A DNA stretch of 64,000 nucleotides from Candidatus Babeliales bacterium (GTDB lineage Bacteria > Babelota > Babeliae > Babelales > JACPOV01): contig JBFWNW010000003.1 of assembly GCA_050250855.1 (NCBI GenBank), forward strand, positions 44,316-108,315. The letters run 5' to 3'. The notes below the pieces were generated by a model. That model saw only the letters and a list, made by a program, of their open reading frames with translations. It made no database searches and was not told the DNA's origin. The translations under genes and the position numbers were made by a program. This document shows positions 36,156-43,805 of this stretch, piece by piece; the stretch's first letter is position 1; each line of letters starts with the position of its first letter.

Positions 36156-37525
36156 AAAATAAAAATATGGTAAAACTTCCTTTTGATAAAGCACTCCAAC
36201 TCTTTGATGCATTTCTTGCAAAGCATGCATTGCCGCAAGAAAAAATTTTTGTTCTAGGCAAACAAGTTCTATGGCTTGATACAGAAAATAACCCTCTGTG
36301 TCTCTACCTACCAAACGAGCAACAATGTTCTATACAAGATATACAAGAACTGTATGATTATTCTTTGGAAAAAGTCACTTCAGACTATTCCCCTATTGCC
36401 TTTCATGCTCTGGCGGTGCATAAAGGTAAAACTATCTGCAGCCTTGCTAACGATTTTTTTAGTTTTACGGACGAACCATGGGTTGAAACGCATCATGAAA
36501 ATACTCTTATCTTTTCTTCTCTGTTTACAAAAAAAGAATTAAAAATTATTCATGATAAAAACACATGGCATGCATTACAAAATAAAGAACGCCTGCTGAG
36601 TGACCTTGATTATCTTTTTTATATCACGCGCCAAGAAAAAAATAATTATAATTACTTATACAGAGCGATTCTGGCTGACAATACCGATACAATAAAAAAA
36701 ATTCTTTCCCGTGATAATTCGTTACTCAACATACACAATCAGTTTGGTTCTACCCCATTGGCAAATGCGTTTCTAGAAAAAGAATTTGTACCAACAAAAG
36801 AATTGATTGCCCTTCTTCTTTCTTACCATCTTGATGTTAATCTTACATCTCAAGGATCCACCTTATTGCACTTTGCTGCTGACAAGGGGTATTCAACTAT
36901 AGTAGCTCTTTTATTACAAGCTGGCGCACACATAAATATACAAAATAAAAGTGGCTGGACACCTCTTATGCAAGCAGCGGCAGCGGGGCACACAGAAATT
37001 GTAAAGCTACTACTTGATGCTGGCGCAAAAATAGATATCACAGGGAGCGTATTACTCTTAAAATCTTCCTATGATGCTGGCTATTACGACTTTGATAATT
37101 TTGCAAAAAAAACGGGTGATGAAAATAAACCTGACAATTTTACCGCACTTATGGCAGGAGCAAGCAGTGGCAATAAGGAAGTTGTTAAGCTTTTATTACA
37201 GCATGGTGCTGCAGCAATAATCAATCAGCAAGATATTCTTGGCCGAACAGCACTATATTATGCTACGTTTCTGGGTCATGAAGAGATTGTGGAACTTTTG
37301 CTTGCCTATAATGCTGACACCAATCTGAAAACATCTATGCATAAAACAGCTCTCATTACTGCCTCACGCAATGGTAATAAAAAAATTGTTGAACTCCTCC
37401 TTGCGCATGGTGCAAACATTGATGATAAAGATAAACATCACTGCTCCCCCTTACGAAATGCCATAATCAAAGGGCATACTGAAATTTATAAAATGTTATT
37501 AGAAGCAAAAAAGAATAATCAATAA
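36152..37525 (+). CDS. protein with unknown ~170-aa N-terminal domain plus C-terminal ankyrin repeats, 457 aa
   Basis: ATGA overlap with the upstream gene. ANK repeats include GWTPLMQAAAAGHTEIVKLLLDAGAKID. Confidence 0.85.
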   Translation: MKNKNMVKLPFDKALQLFDAFLAKHALPQEKIFVLGKQVLWLDTENNPLCLYLPNEQQCSIQDIQELYDYSLEKVTSDYSPIAFHALAVHKGKTICSLANDFFSFTDEPWVETHHENTLIFSSLFTKKELKIIHDKNTWHALQNKERLLSDLDYLFYITRQEKNNYNYLYRAILADNTDTIKKILSRDNSLLNIHNQFGSTPLANAFLEKEFVPTKELIALLLSYHLDVNLTSQGSTLLHFAADKGYSTIVALLLQAGAHINIQNKSGWTPLMQAAAAGHTEIVKLLLDAGAKIDITGSVLLLKSSYDAGYYDFDNFAKKTGDENKPDNFTALMAGASSGNKEVVKLLLQHGAAAIINQQDILGRTALYYATFLGHEEIVELLLAYNADTNLKTSMHKTALITASRNGNKKIVELLLAHGANIDDKDKHHCSPLRNAIIKGHTEIYKMLLEAKKNNQ

Positions 37526-37598
37526 AACTCTTTCTATTTTACCTGCAAAATCTCTAGGATTCTTTCTGAGCTATAACCTTAATAGAAAGAATTCTGTT

Positions 37599-38519
37599 AT
37601 GAAACATAGCAAAATCTATTTTATTATTTTTTTAAGTACTATAATTCCACCTCTAAAAGCAGCTGAAAATAAACCACTCATGCATGCTTGTAAAAATAAT
37701 GATACCACGAAGCTGCAAGAACTTCTTGGCAATGGGCACACCTGGGATCAAGAGCTCGATACAAAAGCTATTAATGAACGAAATCTTTATAAAAAAAATG
37801 TTAATGCTGATAATTATTTACAAGCCCTTGACCAAGAACAATATTATTTTGGCAATCCAGAAAACGTTCTTAATCGCTGCGCTGATGACTCTCCTTTGCA
37901 TTGGGCTATTGTGCACAAAAAATATAATCTCGCTCGCCTTTTAACATTATATGGCAAATTACCAAGTTTTAACCCCTGCAACGATCTTCTTCTTTCAAAA
38001 AGCCCTTTGCGGCTTGTCGCTCTACAAAGAATCATTACAAAACAAGAAACGCTTGATTTTGAAAAATTTCTCTTGGCCCATGAAGTAACAACGCCGCAAC
38101 CATTCCTAAAAACAAATGATGAGATTAATCTTTCAAAAGATCGCATAAAAACGTTTTTACTCTGCTGTAATAGATATAAAAATACTTTCCTAGAAATTCC
38201 GCGTGATATTATTTTTCATATACTTTCTTTTATGCCTGAAGAAGTTTTTTCTGTTTCTATGCTTGCAACCGTAGTAAAATATTGCAGCATGCTACCAGAA
38301 AGCTATGTAAAAAGTTTACACAAAACAGCACTTCTTGATGCTTTTAAAAAACTAGATAATCTTGAATTGAAAAAAAAGTATAAACAATCATGTAAAAATA
38401 TTCTTATTGAGCATGGAATGCAACACCCTTCAATACATTATGTACAAAAATCTTATAATGCAGAAACTCTAGAAGAATTTTTAGACAAACAACTAGAAGC
38501 TCTTTTTTATCTTTTTTAA
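37599..38519 (+). CDS. exported ANK-like protein with F-box-like motif (paralog of the ORF at 5890-6900)
   Basis: Signal-like N-terminus IYFIIFLSTIIPPLKAAEN, one clear ANK unit (SPLHWAIVHKKYNLARLLTLYG), and LEIPRDIIFHILSFMPEE. Confidence 0.75.
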   Translation: MKHSKIYFIIFLSTIIPPLKAAENKPLMHACKNNDTTKLQELLGNGHTWDQELDTKAINERNLYKKNVNADNYLQALDQEQYYFGNPENVLNRCADDSPLHWAIVHKKYNLARLLTLYGKLPSFNPCNDLLLSKSPLRLVALQRIITKQETLDFEKFLLAHEVTTPQPFLKTNDEINLSKDRIKTFLLCCNRYKNTFLEIPRDIIFHILSFMPEEVFSVSMLATVVKYCSMLPESYVKSLHKTALLDAFKKLDNLELKKKYKQSCKNILIEHGMQHPSIHYVQKSYNAETLEEFLDKQLEALFYLF

Positions 38520-38725
38520 CAAAAAAGTTATAAAAAATTAATTGCCATCCATCGCATTTTACGTTACATTTACCCTGTCTTATAAAAAAAGAATTCTTTC
38601 AACAGTAATGAACATTATTGCCGAAAGGGGGCATAAGTAAAGCGTAGCATTCAAAAACTATTTTCTTGTCTCTTTTTCATCGTTTTTATAAAAAACATAC
38701 TCATCTCTGGTTAAAGGGAGTTTTT

Positions 38726-40246
38726 ATGAACCAATTTTTTAAAGCACTTCTTGGCTGTTTACTTATTGCAGGAACAGCTCAAGCCTCTCTGCCGGTTTTT
38801 GGCAAAACATTTTATCATCAACGCTCGCAAGGAGCTAATTTAGCACGCTGGCTTTCTGGGCAGGCACATCACGTACATTTGTGTGATACTGATTGCGTTA
38901 ACGGTAGCTGGTTTATAGCACCATATTATGGTCAAACATATAACGATAAAGAACTCGGTAGCTGGTTCTTCTTTAATGGCACCAACACCATGCGCTTTGG
39001 GCCACAGGGTGTACAGGGCGTAGATGTTTTTGCGCGTAACTTCTTCTTGAATGATGACTTTGATGGTGCCGTTACCGCAAACCCTCGCGTCAAAAATTTC
39101 GTTGTTGACATCAACTTCTTCCTTGGTCTTGATGAATGGGTACGCGGTCTTTACTTCCGTATCGATGTACCGGTCAACTGGACTAGCTGGGATATGAAGT
39201 TAACACAAACAACAACAACACCTGGTACAATTATCGCAGCAAACACCTTAGGTAATGATATAGATCGCTCTTCTCCTTTGAACAATATTATTGCCGCATG
39301 GAAAGGCGATACCTTAGCGCCAACAGATTTTCCTGATTTAAAACAAAAAATGCGTTTTGCCCGTATTGACGGCAAACAAACAAAAGCAAGCGTTGCAGAT
39401 ATCACCTTCATGCTTGGTTATGACATTATTTGTAATGAATGCTCGCACTGGGGTGTTTACGTTAACGTTGTTGCTCCTACTGGCACACGCCCTGATGGCC
39501 AATTTGTCTTTGAACCTGTTGTTGGTAATGGCCGCTACGTTGAAATGGGACCTGGTACATCTGGTCATTTTGAACTATGGAATAATGGCTGTGATCAATC
39601 ATTTGGCATCTTCTTCCAGGGTTATGTTAACCATATGTTCCGCTCAAAGCAAAAACGTACGTTTGATTTAAAGCAAAATGGTATTGGTAGCCGTTACCTC
39701 TTGATTAAACGTTTTGACCCAAGCAGTGGCGATTATGCTAATGAGGTTCTTTTTGGACCAAACGTTTTAACGCGTAACTGCCGTGTAAAAAATGATATTC
39801 AAGGTGAAGGCGCCTTCATGTTTGATTATCAAAACTGCGGCTTTACCTTTGATGTTGGCTACGATATCTGGGGACGCACTAAAGATAAAATAACTATTAC
39901 GGAAACTATTCCTGCAAATACGTTTGGTGTACAGGGTACAACTTTAACGGGAAATCCTGTAGTAATAGGCAGCACGGATATGACCCAAAGCCAAGCTACT
40001 ATTGCTAATCCAAATAATGGTCCTATTGATAAAGTATTTATCACTACAGAGGATCTTAATATTGAATCAGCAGAACATCCAGGCGCTGTTTCTCATAAGA
40101 TCTTTACCCATATTGCTTATACATGGGAAAATTGTGATTACTTGCCTTTCATTGGCATTGGTGGTGAAGTTGAGTTTTCTGGCAGAGAAAACCGCGCTTT
40201 TGACCAATGGGGAATCTGGATTAAAGGTGGATTTACCTTCTTTTAA
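38726..40246 (+). CDS. putative beta-barrel outer-membrane protein / porin, Cys-rich
   Basis: The ATG at 38726 follows AAGGGAG. Signal peptide MNQFFKALLGCLLIAGTAQA, alternating beta-strand-like sequence, and C-terminal ...GGFTFF ending in Phe. There are about 12 Cys. The TTG start at 38666 was rejected. Confidence 0.65.
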   Translation: MNQFFKALLGCLLIAGTAQASLPVFGKTFYHQRSQGANLARWLSGQAHHVHLCDTDCVNGSWFIAPYYGQTYNDKELGSWFFFNGTNTMRFGPQGVQGVDVFARNFFLNDDFDGAVTANPRVKNFVVDINFFLGLDEWVRGLYFRIDVPVNWTSWDMKLTQTTTTPGTIIAANTLGNDIDRSSPLNNIIAAWKGDTLAPTDFPDLKQKMRFARIDGKQTKASVADITFMLGYDIICNECSHWGVYVNVVAPTGTRPDGQFVFEPVVGNGRYVEMGPGTSGHFELWNNGCDQSFGIFFQGYVNHMFRSKQKRTFDLKQNGIGSRYLLIKRFDPSSGDYANEVLFGPNVLTRNCRVKNDIQGEGAFMFDYQNCGFTFDVGYDIWGRTKDKITITETIPANTFGVQGTTLTGNPVVIGSTDMTQSQATIANPNNGPIDKVFITTEDLNIESAEHPGAVSHKIFTHIAYTWENCDYLPFIGIGGEVEFSGRENRAFDQWGIWIKGGFTFF

Positions 40247-40273
40247 TAGCATTTTCTAATTTCTCTCCTTTTG

Positions 40274-40298
40274 AGCCCGGTTTTAAAACCGGGCTTTT
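40274..40298 (+). terminator. rho-independent terminator
   Basis: AGCCCGGTTTT/AAAACCGGGCT is a perfect palindromic stem followed by TTTT. Confidence 0.75.
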
Positions 40299-40459
40299 CA
40301 TTTTACAGGTTCAAAATCATTCAATATTTTCAATATAAAATTAATTTGAAAAAACTATTGATTTTTTATTTCTATTTGTAAGAAACTATAGATAAGAAGG
40401 TATGAAAATACCCTCTAGATAGGAATAGTGTATTATTAACCCTAAAAAAGGAGAGTCTC

Positions 40460-40783
40460 ATGAAGAAACTCATGTTAGCTCTAGCTATTTTCGCTGCTGC
40501 AGCATCTGCAGAAGCTGGTTACCGTAATTGCTACACACGTGGCACATGCAAAACATCTTGTGTTGAGCGTGTTTGTGAACCTAAATGTTCACCTTGCAAG
40601 GTTGACAGAATTGTTGAACAACCTTGCCCTGAAGCTCCATGCTGTGTACGTTATGTTAAGGTTGAAGAACCTGCAATCATAACTAAGCACATCAGCTACT
40701 CTTGGGCATGTCCATCTGGATGTTCTGAAGAGAACAAAGCTGCTGGTATGATGAAAGCTGGCGAGCACGGTAATTTCAACTAA
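40460..40783 (+). CDS. small secreted cysteine-rich protein (11 Cys in ~87 mature residues)
   Basis: AAGGAG ribosome-binding site, signal peptide MKKLMLALAIFAAAASAEA, and a mature part reading GYRNCYTRGTCKTSCVERVCEPKCSPCK...PCPEAPCC.... Confidence 0.75.
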   Translation: MKKLMLALAIFAAAASAEAGYRNCYTRGTCKTSCVERVCEPKCSPCKVDRIVEQPCPEAPCCVRYVKVEEPAIITKHISYSWACPSGCSEENKAAGMMKAGEHGNFN

Positions 40784-40810
40784 GCTTCAATAGCTTACGT
40801 AGAAATACAC

Positions 40811-40844
40811 GCCTCCTGAGCTAAACTCAGGAGGCCCTTTTTTT
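40811..40844 (+). terminator. rho-independent terminator
   Basis: GCCTCCTGAG, loop CTAAA, CTCAGGAGGC (10-bp stem), followed by CC and T7. Confidence 0.85.
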
Positions 40845-40899
40845 GTCTAAAAATTCCCTCACACCCCCCCTTCTCCCCCCACCTGGAGCCCAAATCCGA

Positions 40900-40927
40900 T
40901 TGACAAACTGCAATTTTAGTTTAAACT
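40900..40927 (+). promoter_or_regulatory. candidate sigma70-type promoter for the HExxH paralog cluster
   Basis: TTGACA, then 16 nt, then TAAACT, about 75 nt upstream of the ATG at 41004. Confidence 0.4.
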
Positions 40928-40950
40928 AGTCTTTAAGATAGCGTTTTACG

Positions 40951-40974
40951 TATACCTGTATACCTGTATACCTG
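40951..40974 (+). repeat. 3 x 8-bp perfect tandem repeat (TATACCTG)3 in the 5' leader
   Basis: Read directly as tatacctg tatacctg tatacctg, lying between the candidate promoter and the ribosome-binding site of 41004. Confidence 0.9.
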
Positions 40975-41003
40975 AAATGACTATTTAAAATGGAGGAAAG
41001 ACT

Positions 41004-41765
41004 ATGAATACAACTAAAAAATACTATGGTATAGCCTTAATAGCCACGGTGGCTCTGGGTGCTCTAATAAGTTTCAAATATCCCTTTTTTAACAAAAATA
41101 CCCCAAAAACACATAATTTAGGGGCTACACAAAGCTTTTTTAAAGAAAAAATTGCTCAGGAAGAGAAAGAGCTTATAAATCGCCTAAAAGCCGAACTTGG
41201 CGTTGATTTAAGCTTAACAACACCGTCTCAAGACCATTGGCTAGGAAGCCCTACCAAGGCTCAAGGGACAGAAGATATTTACCAACTCGTTTTTGATGTA
41301 GCACAAAAATACAATTTTAATGCTGATAAGCTTTCTATTGTCTTGCAACATAGTGACCAGGGGTCACCGGCAAGTACAAATAGTGCAGGCCAGCTTCTTA
41401 TTGAAATGAACATCTTCCCGACACTACCCGTAAGCGTACAGCGCTTTATTATAGCGCATGAGCTCCATCATATTTTGCATAATGATTTTGAGGAAACAAG
41501 AGCACTTAATAAAACATTAAATCAAAAGCATGTGTCAGGAAAAGCTCAAGCTCTTCTTGACGAATATGGTCGCTTTCAAGAAAAACGTGCTGACGTTGCC
41601 GCTGCACTTCGTGGCGCTGAATGGGCACAAGGTTATCTAGATTTTGCTCATGAAGGTATTAAACGCTGTGCTCAGGATCCTGGCATTAGTCACCCGACGT
41701 ATAAAGAGCGTGCCGCACTAGCACAAACTATTATTGACCATATGCACGGTCTGCAAACAGTATAA
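41004..41765 (+). CDS. membrane-anchored HExxH metallopeptidase-like protein (M48/M56-like), paralog 1
   Basis: N-terminal TM helix, IIAHELHHILHND (HExxHxxxxD), a downstream RFQEKRADVAAA (E-x-x-AD) and ISHPTYKERAALA (HP...R). Confidence 0.55.
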   Translation: MNTTKKYYGIALIATVALGALISFKYPFFNKNTPKTHNLGATQSFFKEKIAQEEKELINRLKAELGVDLSLTTPSQDHWLGSPTKAQGTEDIYQLVFDVAQKYNFNADKLSIVLQHSDQGSPASTNSAGQLLIEMNIFPTLPVSVQRFIIAHELHHILHNDFEETRALNKTLNQKHVSGKAQALLDEYGRFQEKRADVAAALRGAEWAQGYLDFAHEGIKRCAQDPGISHPTYKERAALAQTIIDHMHGLQTV

Positions 41766-41782
41766 AACATATGGAGGTTATT

Positions 41783-42550
41783 ATGAATAAAAAATTACTT
41801 ATAACTATAGCAACTATTACCGCATTACTCACTGTTTTCTGGTACTTTAAAAAACCAGGTGCTCGCTTGAGTATTCAACAAGCTCAGACGGCTACACAAC
41901 CAATTTGTGCAAACCTTAACAAGCTTGAAGAAGAAGTATGGCAAGCTCTTTCTTCTGAAAAGAAGATAACAAAAGAGCAGGTTGAAGAAATGCGCCAAAA
42001 AAAGTATAGCGAATATAAAAAAGATCATACAAGGCCAGATAATGGGTTAACGCTATCTTCAGCGACCATTAGTTTTGTTCATAATATTATGGATGAATTC
42101 GGTGTAGATAAAAAAGAAATAATCCTTATTGCACAACCTTCAATGGTAGGTGCAGCACAGGTAATTGATGACTTTCACATGGAAGTTAATGAAAAAAATC
42201 TTGCTAAATTTTCACCTGAAGCTCAAGCGTTTATTATAGGCCACGAATTACAACATATTATCTTTAAAGATCACTCAACAGCCTATTTTATACGTACCTT
42301 GCTACCAGAGCCAGAAAAATATGAGCCTCTGTTTGCGCGTGAACATCCTATGATGCAGTTTTATCGCTTCAGAGAAGAACGCGCCGATGTTATGGCTGCA
42401 ACACGCAATGATATATGGGCACACAACTATGCCATATATGCACAAGAAAACCTTGCACTACGTGGTGATGCTGCCGTTGACTGGCACGTTAGAAGTTCAA
42501 AACGTGTAGTATTGGCACAAGAAATTAATAATGCTCTGCAAACAGCATAA
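41783..42550 (+). CDS. membrane-anchored HExxH metallopeptidase-like protein, paralog 2
   Basis: The ATG at 41783 follows GGAGG. N-terminal TM helix, IIGHELQHIIFKDH and RFREERADVMAA. Confidence 0.55.
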   Translation: MNKKLLITIATITALLTVFWYFKKPGARLSIQQAQTATQPICANLNKLEEEVWQALSSEKKITKEQVEEMRQKKYSEYKKDHTRPDNGLTLSSATISFVHNIMDEFGVDKKEIILIAQPSMVGAAQVIDDFHMEVNEKNLAKFSPEAQAFIIGHELQHIIFKDHSTAYFIRTLLPEPEKYEPLFAREHPMMQFYRFREERADVMAATRNDIWAHNYAIYAQENLALRGDAAVDWHVRSSKRVVLAQEINNALQTA

Positions 42551-42564
42551 TGGAGAAAAACAGT

Positions 42565-42765
42565 ATGAAAAAACAAATTAAACTTTTTGGTGTATTTATC
42601 CCTCTTTTTGTAGTGGCAGGAATATTACTTATACAAAGTTTTACTCATCACTTACAAAAGGTAGGAATAAAACAACAAGAACAAAAAGAACAAACAAAAG
42701 AAATAGAAACTGATAAAAAACAAAATGGAGAAAACAATGAAAACACTATTCAAAAAGAATCGTAA
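42565..42765 (+). CDS. small single-TM protein with K/E/Q-rich tail (possible remnant of a fourth paralog N-terminus)
   Basis: The ATG at 42565 follows GGAG. TM helix LFGVFIPLFVVAGILLI. It overlaps the next gene by 29 nt. Confidence 0.35.
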   Translation: MKKQIKLFGVFIPLFVVAGILLIQSFTHHLQKVGIKQQEQKEQTKEIETDKKQNGENNENTIQKES

Positions 42766-43534
42766 ACACTTAGCATTAGCTCTTCTTGCACTTGTTGCAA
42801 CGTTTGGTGCATACCGTTTTTACCAAGGGTTAACACAACAACAAGCAATTTATGAAGCACATGGTTCAAAACTTTCTGCAAAAGAATATTTTGGACAATT
42901 GCTTACACAAGAACTTGATTGTGTATGGAAAGCTTTTGAAAAAATAGGTATTACTAAAAAACGTTATGAAGATGCAAAAAATAATTACCGCAACCAGTAT
43001 CTTCGCTCAGATTTTCCCGGTGGTTCTATTCAAGTATCAGACCAAACAAAACAGTTTGTTAATGGTATCTTAAAAGAACTTGGCGTAGATCCAGCAACTA
43101 TAACTATTACAGGATGGGATGATATTTCACCTGCGGCAGCAACTGAACATATTATTTATATTAATGAAAAAGAATTTAGTAATTATTCATTGCCTGCACG
43201 CCGTTTTATTATCGGCCACGAGATTCAGCATATCTTGCATAAAGATAACTGGTCACGCTATTCACTTGAATTACTATGTAACAACGAAGTAGAAAAAATG
43301 GCTGGCAAAAAAGATCATCCATTGTGCCAATACAGTCGTTTTAAAGAAAAACGTGCTGACGTTACTATGGCAACAACAAGTAAGGAATGGGCTGAAGGTT
43401 ACTTAGCTTTTGCCAAAGAATGGCATAAACGCGCAGGAGATAATCCTGGTGTAACTCACCCGCTTAATAAAGATCGTGTTGCTTTAGCACAAGATATTGT
43501 TACGCATATGAAAAGATCTGTACAAAGCGCGTAA
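42737..43534 (+). CDS. membrane-anchored HExxH metallopeptidase-like protein, paralog 3
   Basis: The ATG at 42737 follows GGAG. TM helix, IIGHEIQHILHKDN, RFKEKRADVTMA and VTHPLNKDRVALA. Confidence 0.55.
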   Translation: MKTLFKKNRKHLALALLALVATFGAYRFYQGLTQQQAIYEAHGSKLSAKEYFGQLLTQELDCVWKAFEKIGITKKRYEDAKNNYRNQYLRSDFPGGSIQVSDQTKQFVNGILKELGVDPATITITGWDDISPAAATEHIIYINEKEFSNYSLPARRFIIGHEIQHILHKDNWSRYSLELLCNNEVEKMAGKKDHPLCQYSRFKEKRADVTMATTSKEWAEGYLAFAKEWHKRAGDNPGVTHPLNKDRVALAQDIVTHMKRSVQSA

Positions 43535-43539
43535 AAGAT

Positions 43540-43785
43540 TTATTTAGTTCTTAATGCATGAATAGCTTCAACAGCATCCCTGATTGAAGCTATTTTTGCT
43601 GCTTTATCATCAGGAATTTCAATACCAAATTCTTCTTCTATCTTAATAATAACTTCCATAACTTCTACAGAATCTATTCCTAGCTGTTCAAAAGTCATAG
43701 TTGGCTGAATATCTTTTTTATCAATCTTAACGGTTTGGGCAATAAGGGAAATTACTTTATCTTGCGTATCATTTTGTTCAAACAT
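43540..43785 (-). CDS. acpP: acyl carrier protein
   Basis: 81 aa with LGIDSVEVMEVIIKIEEEFGIEIPDD, which contains the DS(L/V) phosphopantetheine attachment motif. Confidence 0.85.
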   Translation of the reverse strand: MFEQNDTQDKVISLIAQTVKIDKKDIQPTMTFEQLGIDSVEVMEVIIKIEEEFGIEIPDDKAAKIASIRDAVEAIHALRTK

Positions 43786-43805
43786 ACTATCTTTAAACTC
43801 CGCTG

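Noticed and set aside
10739-38519. The regular ~99-bp periodicity could be mistaken for a CRISPR-like or satellite repeat array.
   Set aside because: The periodicity is the 33-codon ANK repeat inside long open reading frames. The repeats are degenerate at the DNA level, and there are no short conserved direct repeats with unique spacers and no cas genes.
38666-38725. The ORF track gives long N-terminal extensions from TTG or GTG starts. Examples are 38666 for the outer-membrane protein, 57835 for the second outer-membrane protein, 48285 for L32, 61533 for the small exported protein, 52114 for gyrA, 57750 for grpE, 46878 for the TPR-like gene and 44786 for fabD-like.
   Set aside because: In each case an internal ATG preceded by a GGAG/AAGGA-type ribosome-binding site yields the canonical N-terminus (signal peptide, MPVPKRK of L32, MKIAMVFPG of FabD). 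Some of the extensions would also overlap the upstream gene heavily.
42550-42765. The 71-aa ORF starting at the ATG at 42550 might be an independent gene as given in the track.
   Set aside because: The ATGGAG at 42550 looks like the ribosome-binding site (GGAG) for the ATG at 42565, and the same arrangement recurs at 40991, 41771 and 42725. The shorter ORF is retained with low confidence, and it may be only a remnant.
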